DNA of 33,932 bases, from the NCBI GenBank assembly GCA_030867685.1, contig JAQOWU010000002.1, positions 1-33,932 on the forward strand, read 5' to 3'. The stretch's first letter is position 1. Each line of letters opens with the position of its first letter. Both the position numbers and the translations under genes were made by a program. The notes below the pieces were generated by a model. It worked only from the letters and a program-made list of their open reading frames with translations. It ran no database searches and was not told the origin of the DNA. This document shows positions 9,760 to 26,500 of this stretch, one piece after another. The stretch is from Wickerhamiella versatilis (Eukaryota).

Positions 9760-11325
9760 GGAAAGTAAAAAGATTTATAACCCGCAGCAGATTCATCTAC
9801 CACAACTATATTTCAACTTCTCAGGAGTATAAAATAATAAAAACTTTATAATTAAATAATAATAAAAATTATAATTAATAAGAAAATTATAATAATTAAA
9901 TATCATTTATGCTTAAAAGATTAATTAATTATTTCATTCTCCCAAATGATGAGTAATTAGTACCAGTAGCATTAAACTTCACGATATTTTTCTTAAATAC
10001 CATTACTGACAATTCCTACAAAATAATTCCGAATTTCAGGAATTAAATTATAAACTTATATTTAGTAATCTAAATAATAATTAAAATTATTTTTATTATT
10101 AATTATTAATATTTAAATTTTATTATTTTTTTGTATCACGTGTGCCGCCCATAATATAAAAGCCATGATGACTTGACTTGTTCTATATTAAAAAATCTCT
10201 TAAATTTTAAATTAATATTAATCAATAAATAATTATTGATCATTATTAAATATAGATTGCGTTCATTTATGGAATTAACCAAATATCTCACAACATGAAC
10301 TTAAGACAGCTATGTAGCATTTGTAATAAAATTAATAATTTTATTATGCAAATTATGGTAAGATTCTCGGGGATTATCGAATTAAGCCACATGATCCACT
10401 GTTAATAAACTAAACGGCCTATTGTTTTAAATTTCAACTCTGGATTATACTTTTCAGGTGGTATATTTTAAATTATTGTTCAAAGAAATTATAATTTCTT
10501 CGTAATATACATCGTTTACTCCTAAAACTAATTGGTTAACAAGTCCAACTTGATAATTTAGGCTTCATTATCTCAACGTCAATAAGATTCTTATTTAATA
10601 TCTTCATTTATTGGTTGTCTAATAAATATTCTTAAATTTAACTTTTACTTTTATTTTTCATTAAATATATTATCTTATTCTAGATCTTTTAAATTTAAAT
10701 TAATAATAATATTATTATTAATTTAATGATCCGTCTACTAATCCTTTAAACCTTTAATGTAAACTACTCGCCCTAGCTGCATAACCGAAACTTCTGGCAC
10801 AGCAATTGGTTAGGACTATTATATTACTTTATTCATTATATAAAATTTGTAATATTTAAACTTTAATTTATATTTTATTTAATATTATCATATTAAATTA
10901 ATAATATGATCGGATTTTATCATTAAATATTCATTTTTATAGATTACTCGTTCAAACTTTCGTTCATTGACAAATATTATTTACTGCTGTATCTATTAGA
11001 TATTAACCATATTTCAAGGTTAACGTGACTGTTCCAACGTTAATTGACAGTTAAACATATTAATGGCTTGATAATATTTTAAATCATCAACTACCTAATG
11101 TTATATATAACTTGACTAAAATCAATTAAAATTCTTATTTTAATCTTTATTTATTATTCACTATTTAAATGAAATTTTAGTTTAAATTATTATTAAATAC
11201 TCACGTCTTCGCAACATCATAATTATCCTTATTCATTAAAATAATTATAATTACTATGTCTTACTTGCATGTATATTCATCTATATAGTAGTTTTACTGA
11301 GCCAACATCAAACTCTTTAAATTTA
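9760..11325 (-). rRNA. rns: Small subunit rRNA
   Basis: AGAGTTTGATGTTGGCTCAG, GTGCCAGAAG, AAGTCAAGTCATCATGGC, GGCGGCACACGTG and the terminal helix GTAGATGAATCTGCGGG. Ends are approximate. Confidence 0.95.
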
Positions 11326-11438
11326 ATTATATATATATATAATTAAGATTTCTATATATAAAATTTATTATTTTATATATATCTATATATTATATATATA
11401 TATTTACTTAATATTCACTTTAATTTTTTTTTATTATT

Positions 11439-11447
11439 TACTTATAT
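11439..11447 (-). promoter_or_regulatory. Promoter ATATAAGTA upstream of rns
   Basis: Exact consensus match. Confidence 0.7.
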
Positions 11448-11460
11448 ATTATTAATTTAA

Positions 11461-11532
11461 TGGAGTTATCGAGATTCGAACTCGAGTTGTTAACGTGCAA
11501 AGTTACTATTCTACCAACTAAATTATAACCCC
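11461..11532 (-). tRNA. trnA: tRNA-Ala(UGC)
   Basis: GGGGTTA acceptor, loop TT-TGC-AC. Confidence 0.93.
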
Positions 11533-11558
11533 TTATATATATATTATAATATATAATA

Positions 11559-11629
11559 TAAGCTTTACTAGAATCGAACTAATATATCAAAATTATCAAT
11601 TTTGCACTTTACCATTAAGTTAAAAGCTC
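11559..11629 (-). tRNA. trnI: tRNA-Ile(GAU)
   Basis: Loop TT-GAT-AA. Confidence 0.9.
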
Positions 11630-11737
11630 ATAATACTTTGTTATTATGGGCTTTAAACAACATATAAATATTGTTAAAAGCCCATTAATTTATTATTAAT
11701 TACTTTAATATTAAATTAATAATATATATATATTATT

Positions 11738-11810
11738 CGAACTAAGTTTGATTCGAACAAACATCCTTTTACTCGACAAGTAAACACTTTACCTATTAAG
11801 CTAATAGTCC
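11738..11810 (-). tRNA. trnD: tRNA-Asp(GUC)
   Basis: Loop TT-GTC-GA. Confidence 0.92.
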
Positions 11811-11867
11811 TACAATTAAAAAAATATATATATTTGATTTGTATAATAAATATATTTTATATATATG

Positions 11868-11939
11868 GGTCACTATAGAGATTTGAACTCTAATCTAATG
11901 TACCACAAACATTTGCTTTACCATTAAGCTATAATAACC
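11868..11939 (-). tRNA. trnH: tRNA-His(GUG)
   Basis: Loop TT-GTG-GT. Confidence 0.92.
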
Positions 11940-11981
11940 ATTTTTTTCTTTTTTATTTATATATAATAATTATATATTATT

Positions 11982-11990
11982 TACTTATAA
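11982..11990 (-). promoter_or_regulatory. Promoter TTATAAGTA upstream of trnH-D-I-A
   Basis: Consensus variant. Confidence 0.55.
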
Positions 11991-12148
11991 TATATATATA
12001 ATATATATATTCTTATCTATAATATAAAGAAGAATATATAAAATTATAATTATTGTTATAATTAATATAGTAAAATAGAATAATAATAATTCAACTATTA
12101 ATAAGAATTTAATAATTAAATTTAAAGATAGATAATATTATTTATTAT

Positions 12149-12598
12149 TTATTTATATAATGAATCATTATTTTTTTTATCATTAGATAAATTTTCAATA
12201 GAAGTAGCTAAATTTTGTTTATTTAATAATTTAATATGATTTTTTTTAATAGATAAAGCATTAGTATTAAATTCATAAGCAAAACCAAAAATTAAAATCA
12301 TAGTAAATAAGATAATAATAGTTAAACCATAAGAATTAGTGATATATAAAACTAAACCATAAGGTAATAAATTACTGATTTCTAAATCAAAAGGTAAGAA
12401 TAAAACAGCAATTAAAATGAAAGCTACATGATAAGAAGATCTAGTTTGAACAAAACTAGTTAAACCACATTCAAAAGGAGATATTTTTTGATTATAAGTA
12501 TTTTTAAGACTTAAATATTTATTAACTCCAAATAATATTAAACCTAAAACTGGTACTAAACCACCAAAGATTAAATAACTATAGTTTATATATGCCAT
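12149..12598 (-). CDS. nad3: NADH dehydrogenase subunit 3
   Basis: KISPFECG and LFLPFDLEI motifs. Confidence 0.96.
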   Translation of the reverse strand: MAYINYSYLIFGGLVPVLGLILFGVNKYLSLKNTYNQKISPFECGLTSFVQTRSSYHVAFILIAVLFLPFDLEISNLLPYGLVLYITNSYGLTIIILFTMILIFGFAYEFNTNALSIKKNHIKLLNKQNLATSIENLSNDKKNNDSLYK

Positions 12599-12600
12599 TA

Positions 12601-14160
12601 TTAAATATTATTAAAATAGTTAACTATAACTATACCATTTTGATAAATATCTAAATATAATAATGGGAAAATTATTAATAAAGCTAAGATACTAATAATA
12701 TAACAATAAATATAATTATTATTATTTATACTATTATTATTAATAATATTCATTTTATATAATTCATTATTATTTAATTTAGATGAAGTAGAATATATCA
12801 TTTTAATTATATAACCATAATAATAAGCAGTAATAATACTTACTAATATTAATAAAATACTAGTAAATCAATAACCACTTAATAAACTACTAATTAATAT
12901 ATAATATTTACCATAAAATCCTAATAAAGGAGGTATACCCATAAATGAAGATAAACAAATAATAATAACAATTGATAATGATTTATTATAACTTATTATA
13001 TCTATAATATCACTTAAATATAAATTATGAGTATAATTTTTATTAGATTTTAAATTATTATCATCAGATGATATTCTTTTATAATATAATCAATTATTAT
13101 AATACATTATTATAAATATTAAACTCATAAATATAGTAAAATGAGTTAAACTATATTGAGTTATATAGAATATATAACTAAATATAGAATATTGATTATT
13201 ACTTCATATTGATAATAATATATAACTACTATTAGCTAAACCACTATAAGCTAATATACGTTTAATACTAAATTGAGGTAAACCACCTAAACTACCAATA
13301 ATCATAGAAGAAATTATAAATAATTGGAATAATAAATTAAATTGTCAATTATCAAAAATATTATTAAATATAATATTTAATGTTAATATAAATGTTAATA
13401 TACTAATTTTAGGTAATATACTAATTCATAATGTAACTATAGTAGGTACATTAGTATATATATTAATTAATCAATTATGTATAGGAGCTAATCCTATTTT
13501 AAAGAATAATCCTATAAATACAAATATAAATCCTATAATATAATTTAATGATTCTATATTATTAGGTTTATATGAATTTAAATAATAATTTAATTCAATT
13601 AAATTAATTAATCCTGATTGATTATATATTATAGTTAATCCAAATAATATTATAATTGAAGCTAAACTACCTAATAAAAAATATATTAATCCATTTTTTG
13701 AACTATATATTCCTACTGATGTTTCATTTTTATAATATGTAGCTGTTATTAAATATAATGAATAACTTTGTAATTCTATAGCTACAAATATTATTAAACT
13801 ATTTATTGAATCTATAAATAAACATATTGATAATATATTAAATAATATTAATAATATATATTCTTTTATATATTTTGTATTATTATAATATTCACTATAA
13901 TTATATAATATTATAAAATATATTATACTTAATATTATTATTAAATCTTTTATTATAATATTATATGATGTTAATAAAAATGTATTATTAAATAATAATA
14001 TTCCATTATTTATTAATGTTAATGATACACTATCATTTAATATTATTATCATATATAACATAATTAATATGCTAATATGAATTAAATTTTTATATTCTTT
14101 TATTGTAAATATACTATTTGAACTTATTAATATTAATGATAATAATCCTATTAATAACAT
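12601..14160 (-). CDS. nad2: NADH dehydrogenase subunit 2 (519 aa)
   Basis: AIELQSYSLY, FFKIGLAPIHNW, IKRILAYS, MGIPPLLGFYGK in one frame with TGA=Trp. Confidence 0.95.
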
Positions 14161-14347
14161 ATTTATTTTATTTAAATTTTTTATTTATTTATACGAATTT
14201 TAATTTATATTTTTAAAATATCGTATTTATTATATATATATATTATGTAAAATAAAATATTTATATATATACTATACCATTAATAAAAAATAATACTTTA
14301 ATAATAAATAATTAATTTAATAATTAATTATAAATTATTTTAATTAA

Positions 14348-18506
<4,159 letters not shown>

Positions 18507-18627
18507 ATTTTATTAAAATACTTAATTAATTTTTATTTATTCTTTAATAATAATATAATAATATATTATATTATTATCCATTATTTCTTTCCATATTAAA
18601 CACTTTATTTATTTTTTTTTAATTATT

Positions 18628-18707
18628 CGGGAAAGGTAAGATTCGAACTTACACAGGATAACCAAATTTAATAGCAATAAACATATCTAGCCAATGATTT
18701 CTTTCCC
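18628..18707 (-). tRNA. trnS: tRNA-Ser(GCU)
   Basis: Acceptor GGGAAAG/CTTTCCC, loop TT-GCT-AT. Confidence 0.85.
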
Positions 18708-18736
18708 CTTTAAAGATAATATATATATAATTATAC

Positions 18737-18745
18737 TACTTATAT
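18737..18745 (-). promoter_or_regulatory. Promoter ATATAAGTA upstream of trnS-cox1
   Basis: Exact consensus match. Confidence 0.65.
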
Positions 18746-18867
18746 TATAAAAAAATATATATATTTGATTTGTAAAATAAACTAAAAATATTCCAAATAG
18801 ATAGTAAATTTATATAAATATTAATTTATGATTATTAATATTATTTATATTATAGATATATAATAAA

Positions 18868-19881
18868 TTAAGTTAAAGAATTAAATAAGTATAATATAGA
18901 AGGAATAAATATTAATAAACCGAATAAGATAGGTAAGAAAATAGTTCAACATAATTTAATTAATAAATCGAATGTGAATCTAGGGAAAGAAGCTCTTATT
19001 CAAATAAATAAATACATAAAGATACATAATTTAAATCCGAATGATAAACCATAACTTAATCCTTCTAATAAAGAATTAAATAAAGAAGGTTCATAATTTA
19101 ACATTAAAATATTAGGATATAAATAACCACCAAAGAAGAAGATAACAGAAGCAGCTGACATAAATATAAGGTTACCATATTCAGCTAAGAAGAAGAAAAC
19201 GAAAGGACCAGCTGAATATTCAGTAAAGAAACCAGCAACTAATTCATTTTCAGCTTCAATTAAATCAAATGGAGGTCTACCAGTTTCAGCTACAGTACTA
19301 ATAAAGTATAAGATAGTTAAAGGTAATAAAGGTACACAATATCAAATAACTCTTTGACTTTCAATTAATTCAGTATAATTTAAAGTAGAAGCAAACATAA
19401 TAACAATAATACCTACAGTACCTAAAACTAATTCATAACTAACTAATGCTGCAGTAGATCTAATACTACCTAAGAATGAGAATTTATTATTAGAACTTCA
19501 ACCAGCTAATAATGATCCAAATACACCTAAACTACCTATAGCTGATGCAAATAATAAACCATTATCTAAATCACCTAAAGTTAATGAAGGACCAAATGGT
19601 ATAATTATTCAACCTAATAATGCAGTTATTAATGTTATCATAGGACTAACTATTAATATAAATGAATTAGCTTCTTTAGGTATTATAATTTCTTTAACTA
19701 ATAATTTAACTGCATCAGCAAATGCTTGTAATAATCCATATCATCCTACTATATTAGGACCTATTCTACGTTGCATATATGCCATAGTTTTACGTTCAGC
19801 TACAGTTAAATAAGCTATTGTAAATAATACACATACTAAAAATAATAATACTTCAGCTATATTTAAAATTATTAATCACAT
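18868..19881 (-). CDS. nad1: NADH dehydrogenase subunit 1 (337 aa)
   Basis: [36 protein letters not shown]. Confidence 0.97.
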
Positions 19882-19993
19882 TTTTATAAATTTATATTTT
19901 TAATAAATACCTCATATAATTTTTTATAATAATAATATGAAGAAAAGTAAATAATTTATTAATTATAATAAATTAAATTTTATTATATAATTA

Positions 19994-20542
19994 TTAAGAT
20001 TTATTTGTTCTAAATATTAATAATATAGCAGATACTATACTTAATAATAATATTATACCTAATATTATAAATACTATTGAATATTCTGTATATAATAATT
20101 CACCTCATATTCTAAATTCTAATGTATTATTTATTATATTAAATGCATCATCTATATTTATTACTAAATAATTAAAATCTATATCTGATATATTTAAATA
20201 TAATAATATAAATAATATAAAACTATATATTATTAATAATACATCTGGTGAATAACTTTTATAATATATTTCAGAATATTTAATATTTATTAATGATAAT
20301 ATAAATATAAATAATACTGATATAGCACCTACATATACTAATATATATAATAAAGCTAATAAATTTAAATTTAATTTATATAATAATAATCCTAATAATA
20401 TATAAAAAAGTATTAAATTAAATAAACTTATCATTGGATTTATTCTTGTTAATACAATTATACTAACTACTATTAATAATATACTTATTAATACAATTGT
20501 ATTATTATTAAATCAATTTATAACATTACTTAATAATATCAT
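19994..20542 (-). CDS. nad6: NADH dehydrogenase subunit 6 (182 aa)
   Basis: NPMIS, LYILVYVGAISVLF, GELLYTEY. Confidence 0.93.
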
Positions 20543-20797
20543 CTCTAATTATTTAATTTTATAAAACCAATTTTAATTATTTAAAAATTAAATTGGATCT
20601 TAATTATCTATTCATCTTTAATTAAAAGATTTATTAGATATATTAATTATTATAATTCATTAATTTTAATTTTAAATTAATAATTATTATTATATAATTA
20701 TTTTATATAATTATATTTCCTATATATAATAATATATATTATATATGGTTAATAAATAAATAAATATTATATTAATTCATTTATATTTGTTATATTT

Positions 20798-20870
20798 AGT
20801 CCATGAAAGGATTTGAACCTTTTTACTTATGTTAACAGCATAATGTTTTAACCAATTAAACTACACAGAC
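20798..20870 (-). tRNA. trnN: tRNA-Asn(GUU)
   Basis: Loop CT-GTT-AA. Confidence 0.92.
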
Positions 20871-20917
20871 TTAATTATTTATCTTTTTTATAAAGTATTA
20901 TATATATATAATAATAT

Positions 20918-20926
20918 TACTTATAT
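20918..20926 (-). promoter_or_regulatory. Promoter ATATAAGTA upstream of trnN-nad6-nad1
   Basis: Exact consensus match. Confidence 0.65.
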
Positions 20927-21026
20927 TAAAAAAAAATAAATAGATTATAATATATTTATTGTAAAATAAACTAAAATATTTATAATGTATTATATTATAT
21001 ATATATAATTAAAGTAATTAAAATAA

Positions 21027-21848
21027 TTAAACACCTCAATAATAACATACAATATAAACGAATAATCACATAACATCTAAGAAATGTCATAATAAGATAG
21101 TAGTAGAATAACCAGTATGATGAGTAGTTGTCATTTGTAATGTATATAGACGATAGAAACTTAATATTAAGAAGAATACACCTAAGAATAAATGGAATCC
21201 ATGTAAACCAGTTAATGCAAAGAATACTGTACCATAAACACTATCAGCTATAGTATATGTACATAAAGTATATTCAATATATTGACATATAATGAATAAT
21301 ATACCTAATATTATAGTAAATAATAAACCATAAACACTAGCTGATCAACTTTTACCTATTAAACCATGATGACTATAAGTTATAGTAGCACCACTAGCTA
21401 ATAATATTAAAGTATTTAATAATGGTAAATCTGTAGCTTGTATTGCTGTTATACCTAATGGTGGTCATAATTCACCTAATTCTACAGTAGGACTTAATGC
21501 TGAATGGAAATAAGCTCAAAATACAGCAAAGAAAGTTAAGAATTCTGTAGCTAAGAAAATTAAATAACCTATTGATATACCTCTACTTACTTTAGCTGTA
21601 TGATGTCCTAAATATGTAGCTTCTGCTATTATATCTTTACCTCATAATAATCCACAATATAATAAAGTTATTATATTTAATATAAATATATAACTATCAT
21701 TTATATAATTATTAAATAACATAACTAAATTAAATAATGCACCTGATACTGAAAATGTAAAGAATATTGGTCATGGTGATGGACTAACTAAATGAAAAGG
21801 ATGTGCTTGTAATTGTCCTAAATTTTTATTTATATTATTTGATAACAT
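21027..21848 (-). CDS. cox3: Cytochrome c oxidase subunit 3 (273 aa); missing from the ORF track because of TGA codons
   Basis: [39 protein letters not shown]. Confidence 0.97.
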
Positions 21849-22119
21849 AATTTTTATTTTTATTATTTATTAAATTTAATTAATAAATATCTATTTATTT
21901 TTTTTTATTTAAATTTAATAATATTATAATTAAATAAATTAATAATTTATTATAATATTATAATTTAATTTTTTATTTATATTTAAACTCCCATAAATAA
22001 TTAATATTAAATATTTATGAGGTATATTTATTATATATAATAAGTAAAATAAGATATATATATTTTATTATAATTTATTAAAGAGATAATAATATTAATT
22101 AATTTAATAAATATTATTA

Positions 22120-22884
22120 TTAGTGTAAGTATACACCATCTTTAATATAACTACAAGTTAAGATACAGAAAACATAAGCTTGTATTGCTGATATAGCAAA
22201 TTCTAATATTTCAATACCTAAAATTATAGTTAATGGTATAATACCAGCAAAGAATAAGATAAATGAAGATGACATAACATCAAATAATAAACCACATAAT
22301 ATAGTTAATAATAAGTGACCTGATAAAATATTAGCACCTAATCTTAAACCTAAACTAACACTACGAGCTATATTAGATATACCTTCAATTAAAACTAATA
22401 AAGGTACTAAAGGTAATGCTGTACCTGAAGGTATAAATAAACCAAAATATTCTAAATTATGTTTAGCAAAACCTAATATAGTTACACCTAATCATATAGT
22501 TACACTTAATGATATAACAAAGATTAATTGTGAGTTTATAGCAAAATTATAAGGTACCATAGATACTAAATTACCAAATAATATAAATATAAATAATGAA
22601 TATATAAATGGGAAAAATACTGTACCTTTAGGTCCTATTTGACTTAAAACCATATTATGTATTGTTGAATATAATGCTTCTACTGATAAATTTCAATTTG
22701 TTGAAACTAATTTACCATCTTTTAACATATATATATTTAATATATAAAATAATCCTAATACTATTAATACATATAATGTAAATGATGTTATATTTAAAAA
22801 TGATACATTAATTATTGATGATGATATTCCTAAAAATGTATTTATTTCAAATTGTTCTAATGGTGATTTTATTAAAAATAACAT
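22120..22884 (-). CDS. atp6: ATP synthase subunit 6 (254 aa)
   Basis: SPLEQF, ARSVSLGLRLGANILSGH, IQAYVF, YIKDGVYLH. Confidence 0.97.
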
Positions 22885-23068
22885 TTCTAATTTAATTTTT
22901 ATTTATATTTTTTATTTTCTTCAAATTTAATATAATAAATATAATTATTATATTTTGAAATCAATTTAATTAATATTAATATATATTAAATAACTATTTA
23001 TTTAATATATATCTATAATATTATATATGATATGTTATCATAATTATTATGAAGTTATATTATATTTA

Positions 23069-23215
23069 TTATAATTTTATAATAAATATACGACTTAAAT
23101 ATATTGATAATATTCTAGGTAATACAAATTTAGAACTTAAATAGATCATAATTAATATTATTGTATAACCTCAGAATATTTGATTTAAGAAAAAGAATGG
23201 TACTAATTGTGGCAT
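23069..23215 (-). CDS. atp8: ATP synthase subunit 8 (48 aa)
   Basis: MPQLVPFFFLNQ...LPRILSIYLSR. Confidence 0.96.
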
Positions 23216-23503
23216 AAATAAGATTTATTATACATAAATTGATACTTCGATATTAAAAATTTATATAAATTAAATATATTAAATATATAATAATATATAA
23301 ATTTAATAAGTTCAATATTTTATTATAAATATAAATTTAATTTTATATTTATATTATTATATATTAATATATAATTATTGTAAAATAAACTAATATAATT
23401 ATATTATTTTAAATAATTATATATATATAATATTATATATATATTATATTAAATAAAATAAATTTATTTATTTTAAGTAGTATTGTATTAATTTAATTAT
23501 TAA

Positions 23504-26500
23504 TTAACGTTTTATAGCTAAATAGAATAAAACATTTTCTAATATTGAAACTGCTGGTAATAATACAATAAAGTAACCAAAATAGAAGTAAGTACATAAG
23601 CTACCTACTGTAATAAATGGTGGTTCAATATGTACAGCACCTAAAACAGCTAATAATAAGAAATTAACTACAAAGAATCCAAATAATAATTTAGATAATA
23701 CTTTAAATGCATTACCTCTAATTATAGAGAAATCTACAAAAGGTAATAATAATAATACTAATATAGAAGCTAACATAGCTAATACACCTAATATTTTTGA
23801 TTCAATATATCTTAATATAGCATAGAATGGTAATAAATAGAACTCTGGTACTCAATTTATATTAATCAAAATGTTTCCATTTTGTTTAGACTATGTCATA
23901 TAAATAATAAATTTAATTATTATTTATAAGGGCACTTCACCTAATTAAATTATTAATTAGATTACGAGATATTATTATTGGTATTAATTCAATCTCTAGT
24001 CGTTGAACGTTTTTATATCATTATTATATATATATTAATTATATAATAAATTTAATCTATTATAATAAATTAAATATACCGATATAAACTTCGCTGCAAG
24101 TTATCATAGTTTAATTAATAATTAATTAAACCTTAGATTTTCTTGTCAATTCACCCTTTTTTCATATTATATATTATATAATATGCCACATTATTAATTA
24201 TATGGCAGCAGGAGTTACTAAAGGATTACCAGGTATATTATTTTCAGGATCACCTAAATATTCTGGATAATAACTAATTAAGAAGAAGTATATAAATAAG
24301 AATGCAAATATTGTTATTGTATCTTTAAATAAATAATAAGGATGCATTGGTATTCTATCAATATTAGCTGTTATACCTAATGGATTATTACTTCCATGTG
24401 TATGTAATGCTAATATATGCATACAACTTACAGCAGCAATTATAAATGGTAATAAATAATGTAAACTGAAGAAACGTTGTATTGTAGGATTAGATACTGA
24501 TGATCCTCCTCATATAACAATTATATTATCAAAGAATTCATTTAAAATTCTTTATCAAAATGTTTCCATTTTGTTTAGACTATGTCATCAACCAATAATA
24601 AAATAATTTATTTTATTATTAATTGTTGGGCACTCGTGTCAAGATTATTGTTGATACTACTCACTTGTTAGTCGTTGAACATTCTTATTACAAAAATTAA
24701 ATAATTATTTAATTTTATATCGTAATAAGCTTTGCTGCAAATTATCATAATTAAATAATTAATTATTTAATCTTAGATTTTCTTGCAATTCACCCAATTA
24801 TTTCAATAATTATCATATTTATTTAATATTAATAAATATTTTAATTAAAGGAGCTCTTTAATTTGAGGATTTAATTAAATTAAATTGAACTCTGCTAATG
24901 GTTTACCTAAATATGGTATTGTAGTTACTAAATTTGTAATAACTGTTGCCTATTAATAAAAGTCCTTAATATTTAATTATTAAAAATAGGAATATAATTA
25001 AAATTATATCATTAGGATTTTTAATTAAATATAAGTTTAGTTTTTAATTAAACTAAATAATTTATCCAAAAATAATAATTATTATTATTTTTAAATTATA
25101 TTAAATTTAATATTTAATATAATCTGGTAAAATAAATTATACCATGTACCAAATATATGTATTAATATATATTATAAAATTTGGCCTTGTGAATATATTA
25201 TATATAAATCCATAAATTTATATAATATATCTTTATTTCGAGTGCACATTAAACATCATTTCAGACATCCATTATTGATCCACTCTGTCGGGATAATATA
25301 ATTTACCCACGGCTCTCATTATTTACCAAATAATTTTGACCAGTTTTCAATAATGTTGCATTATAAATATCAAATATATATAGATATTATATTTGTTAAT
25401 TTATTTTTAATTATATATTGCATAAATTAATTATTTATAATACTATATAATATTATTAATATTAAAAATTAGGATTTAATTTAGTAATTAATTTATATTT
25501 CATTGAAGGATGAATATAAGGTTTTACTATATTTATTAAATTACTCATAGAATTAGTATTAAAATATAAATTATATTGGTTTTTATATCCAGATTTAATA
25601 ATTGAAACATCTAAATTATATTTATTTTTTAATATATTTATTAATATTAAATGTTCATTATAATTAAAATTATTAGATGCTATTTTTAATCCATTATTTA
25701 ATTTACCTCCATCATCCATAATTCATATAGCTAATGCTAATGGAGTTAAATATATATCAATATCATTAGGTAAAATCTTTTTTTTATTAATATATCATTT
25801 ATCATAAATTGGATTAAATATATCATAAGTTCAAGTTGAAAATCTTATTATTTTTCTTAATTTTCCTTTATTACCTAAACGTGTTTGTATTTTAGGTATA
25901 TTAGAATTACAATAACCTAAATTACTAATTAATTTATGTAAATATAATAGATAATCTTCATGACTACCTTCTTGATAAAATGAAAATCTTGTACCTGTTC
26001 CATTTTTACGTTTTTCACCATGACAATCACCTAATAATGATCCATAAATTATTGATAATAAATCAATATGTAATGGTCCAAAATTTAATAATTCATTTTT
26101 ATTAATACGTTTATTTTTTATTTTATTTTTATTTAATTCTAAATTTAATAATATTAATAATATTACATTTGAGGCGCACAATTCACCTCAGTGTGACATT
26201 TGCCCATAAACAAGACAATACTAATTTTTATATTAAATAAATATAATTATTTATTTAATTTTCGACTGTGCATTAAACATCATTTCAGATATCCATTAGT
26301 GTTCCAGTCTGTCGCGATTATTTATGTAACCGACGATCTTGTTAATAATTTAATAATTATTAATTTTAATCGTTTTCACTAATGTTGCCATCATATAAAT
26401 TTAATTTATATGATAATAATATATAAAATATTATTTATCAATCCATAATTATTTCTCATAAAAGTTATCTAATTATAGTATATTATATATAATAATATAA

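Noticed and set aside
11818-11850. About 25-nt match to 18749-18775 (AAAAATATATATATTTGATTTGTA)
   Set aside because: Short, low complexity and overlapping a 3' motif variant; no independent significance.
26200-26382. 60-aa plus-strand ORF
   Set aside because: Antisense to cob exon 2 and the intron core, with no motif.
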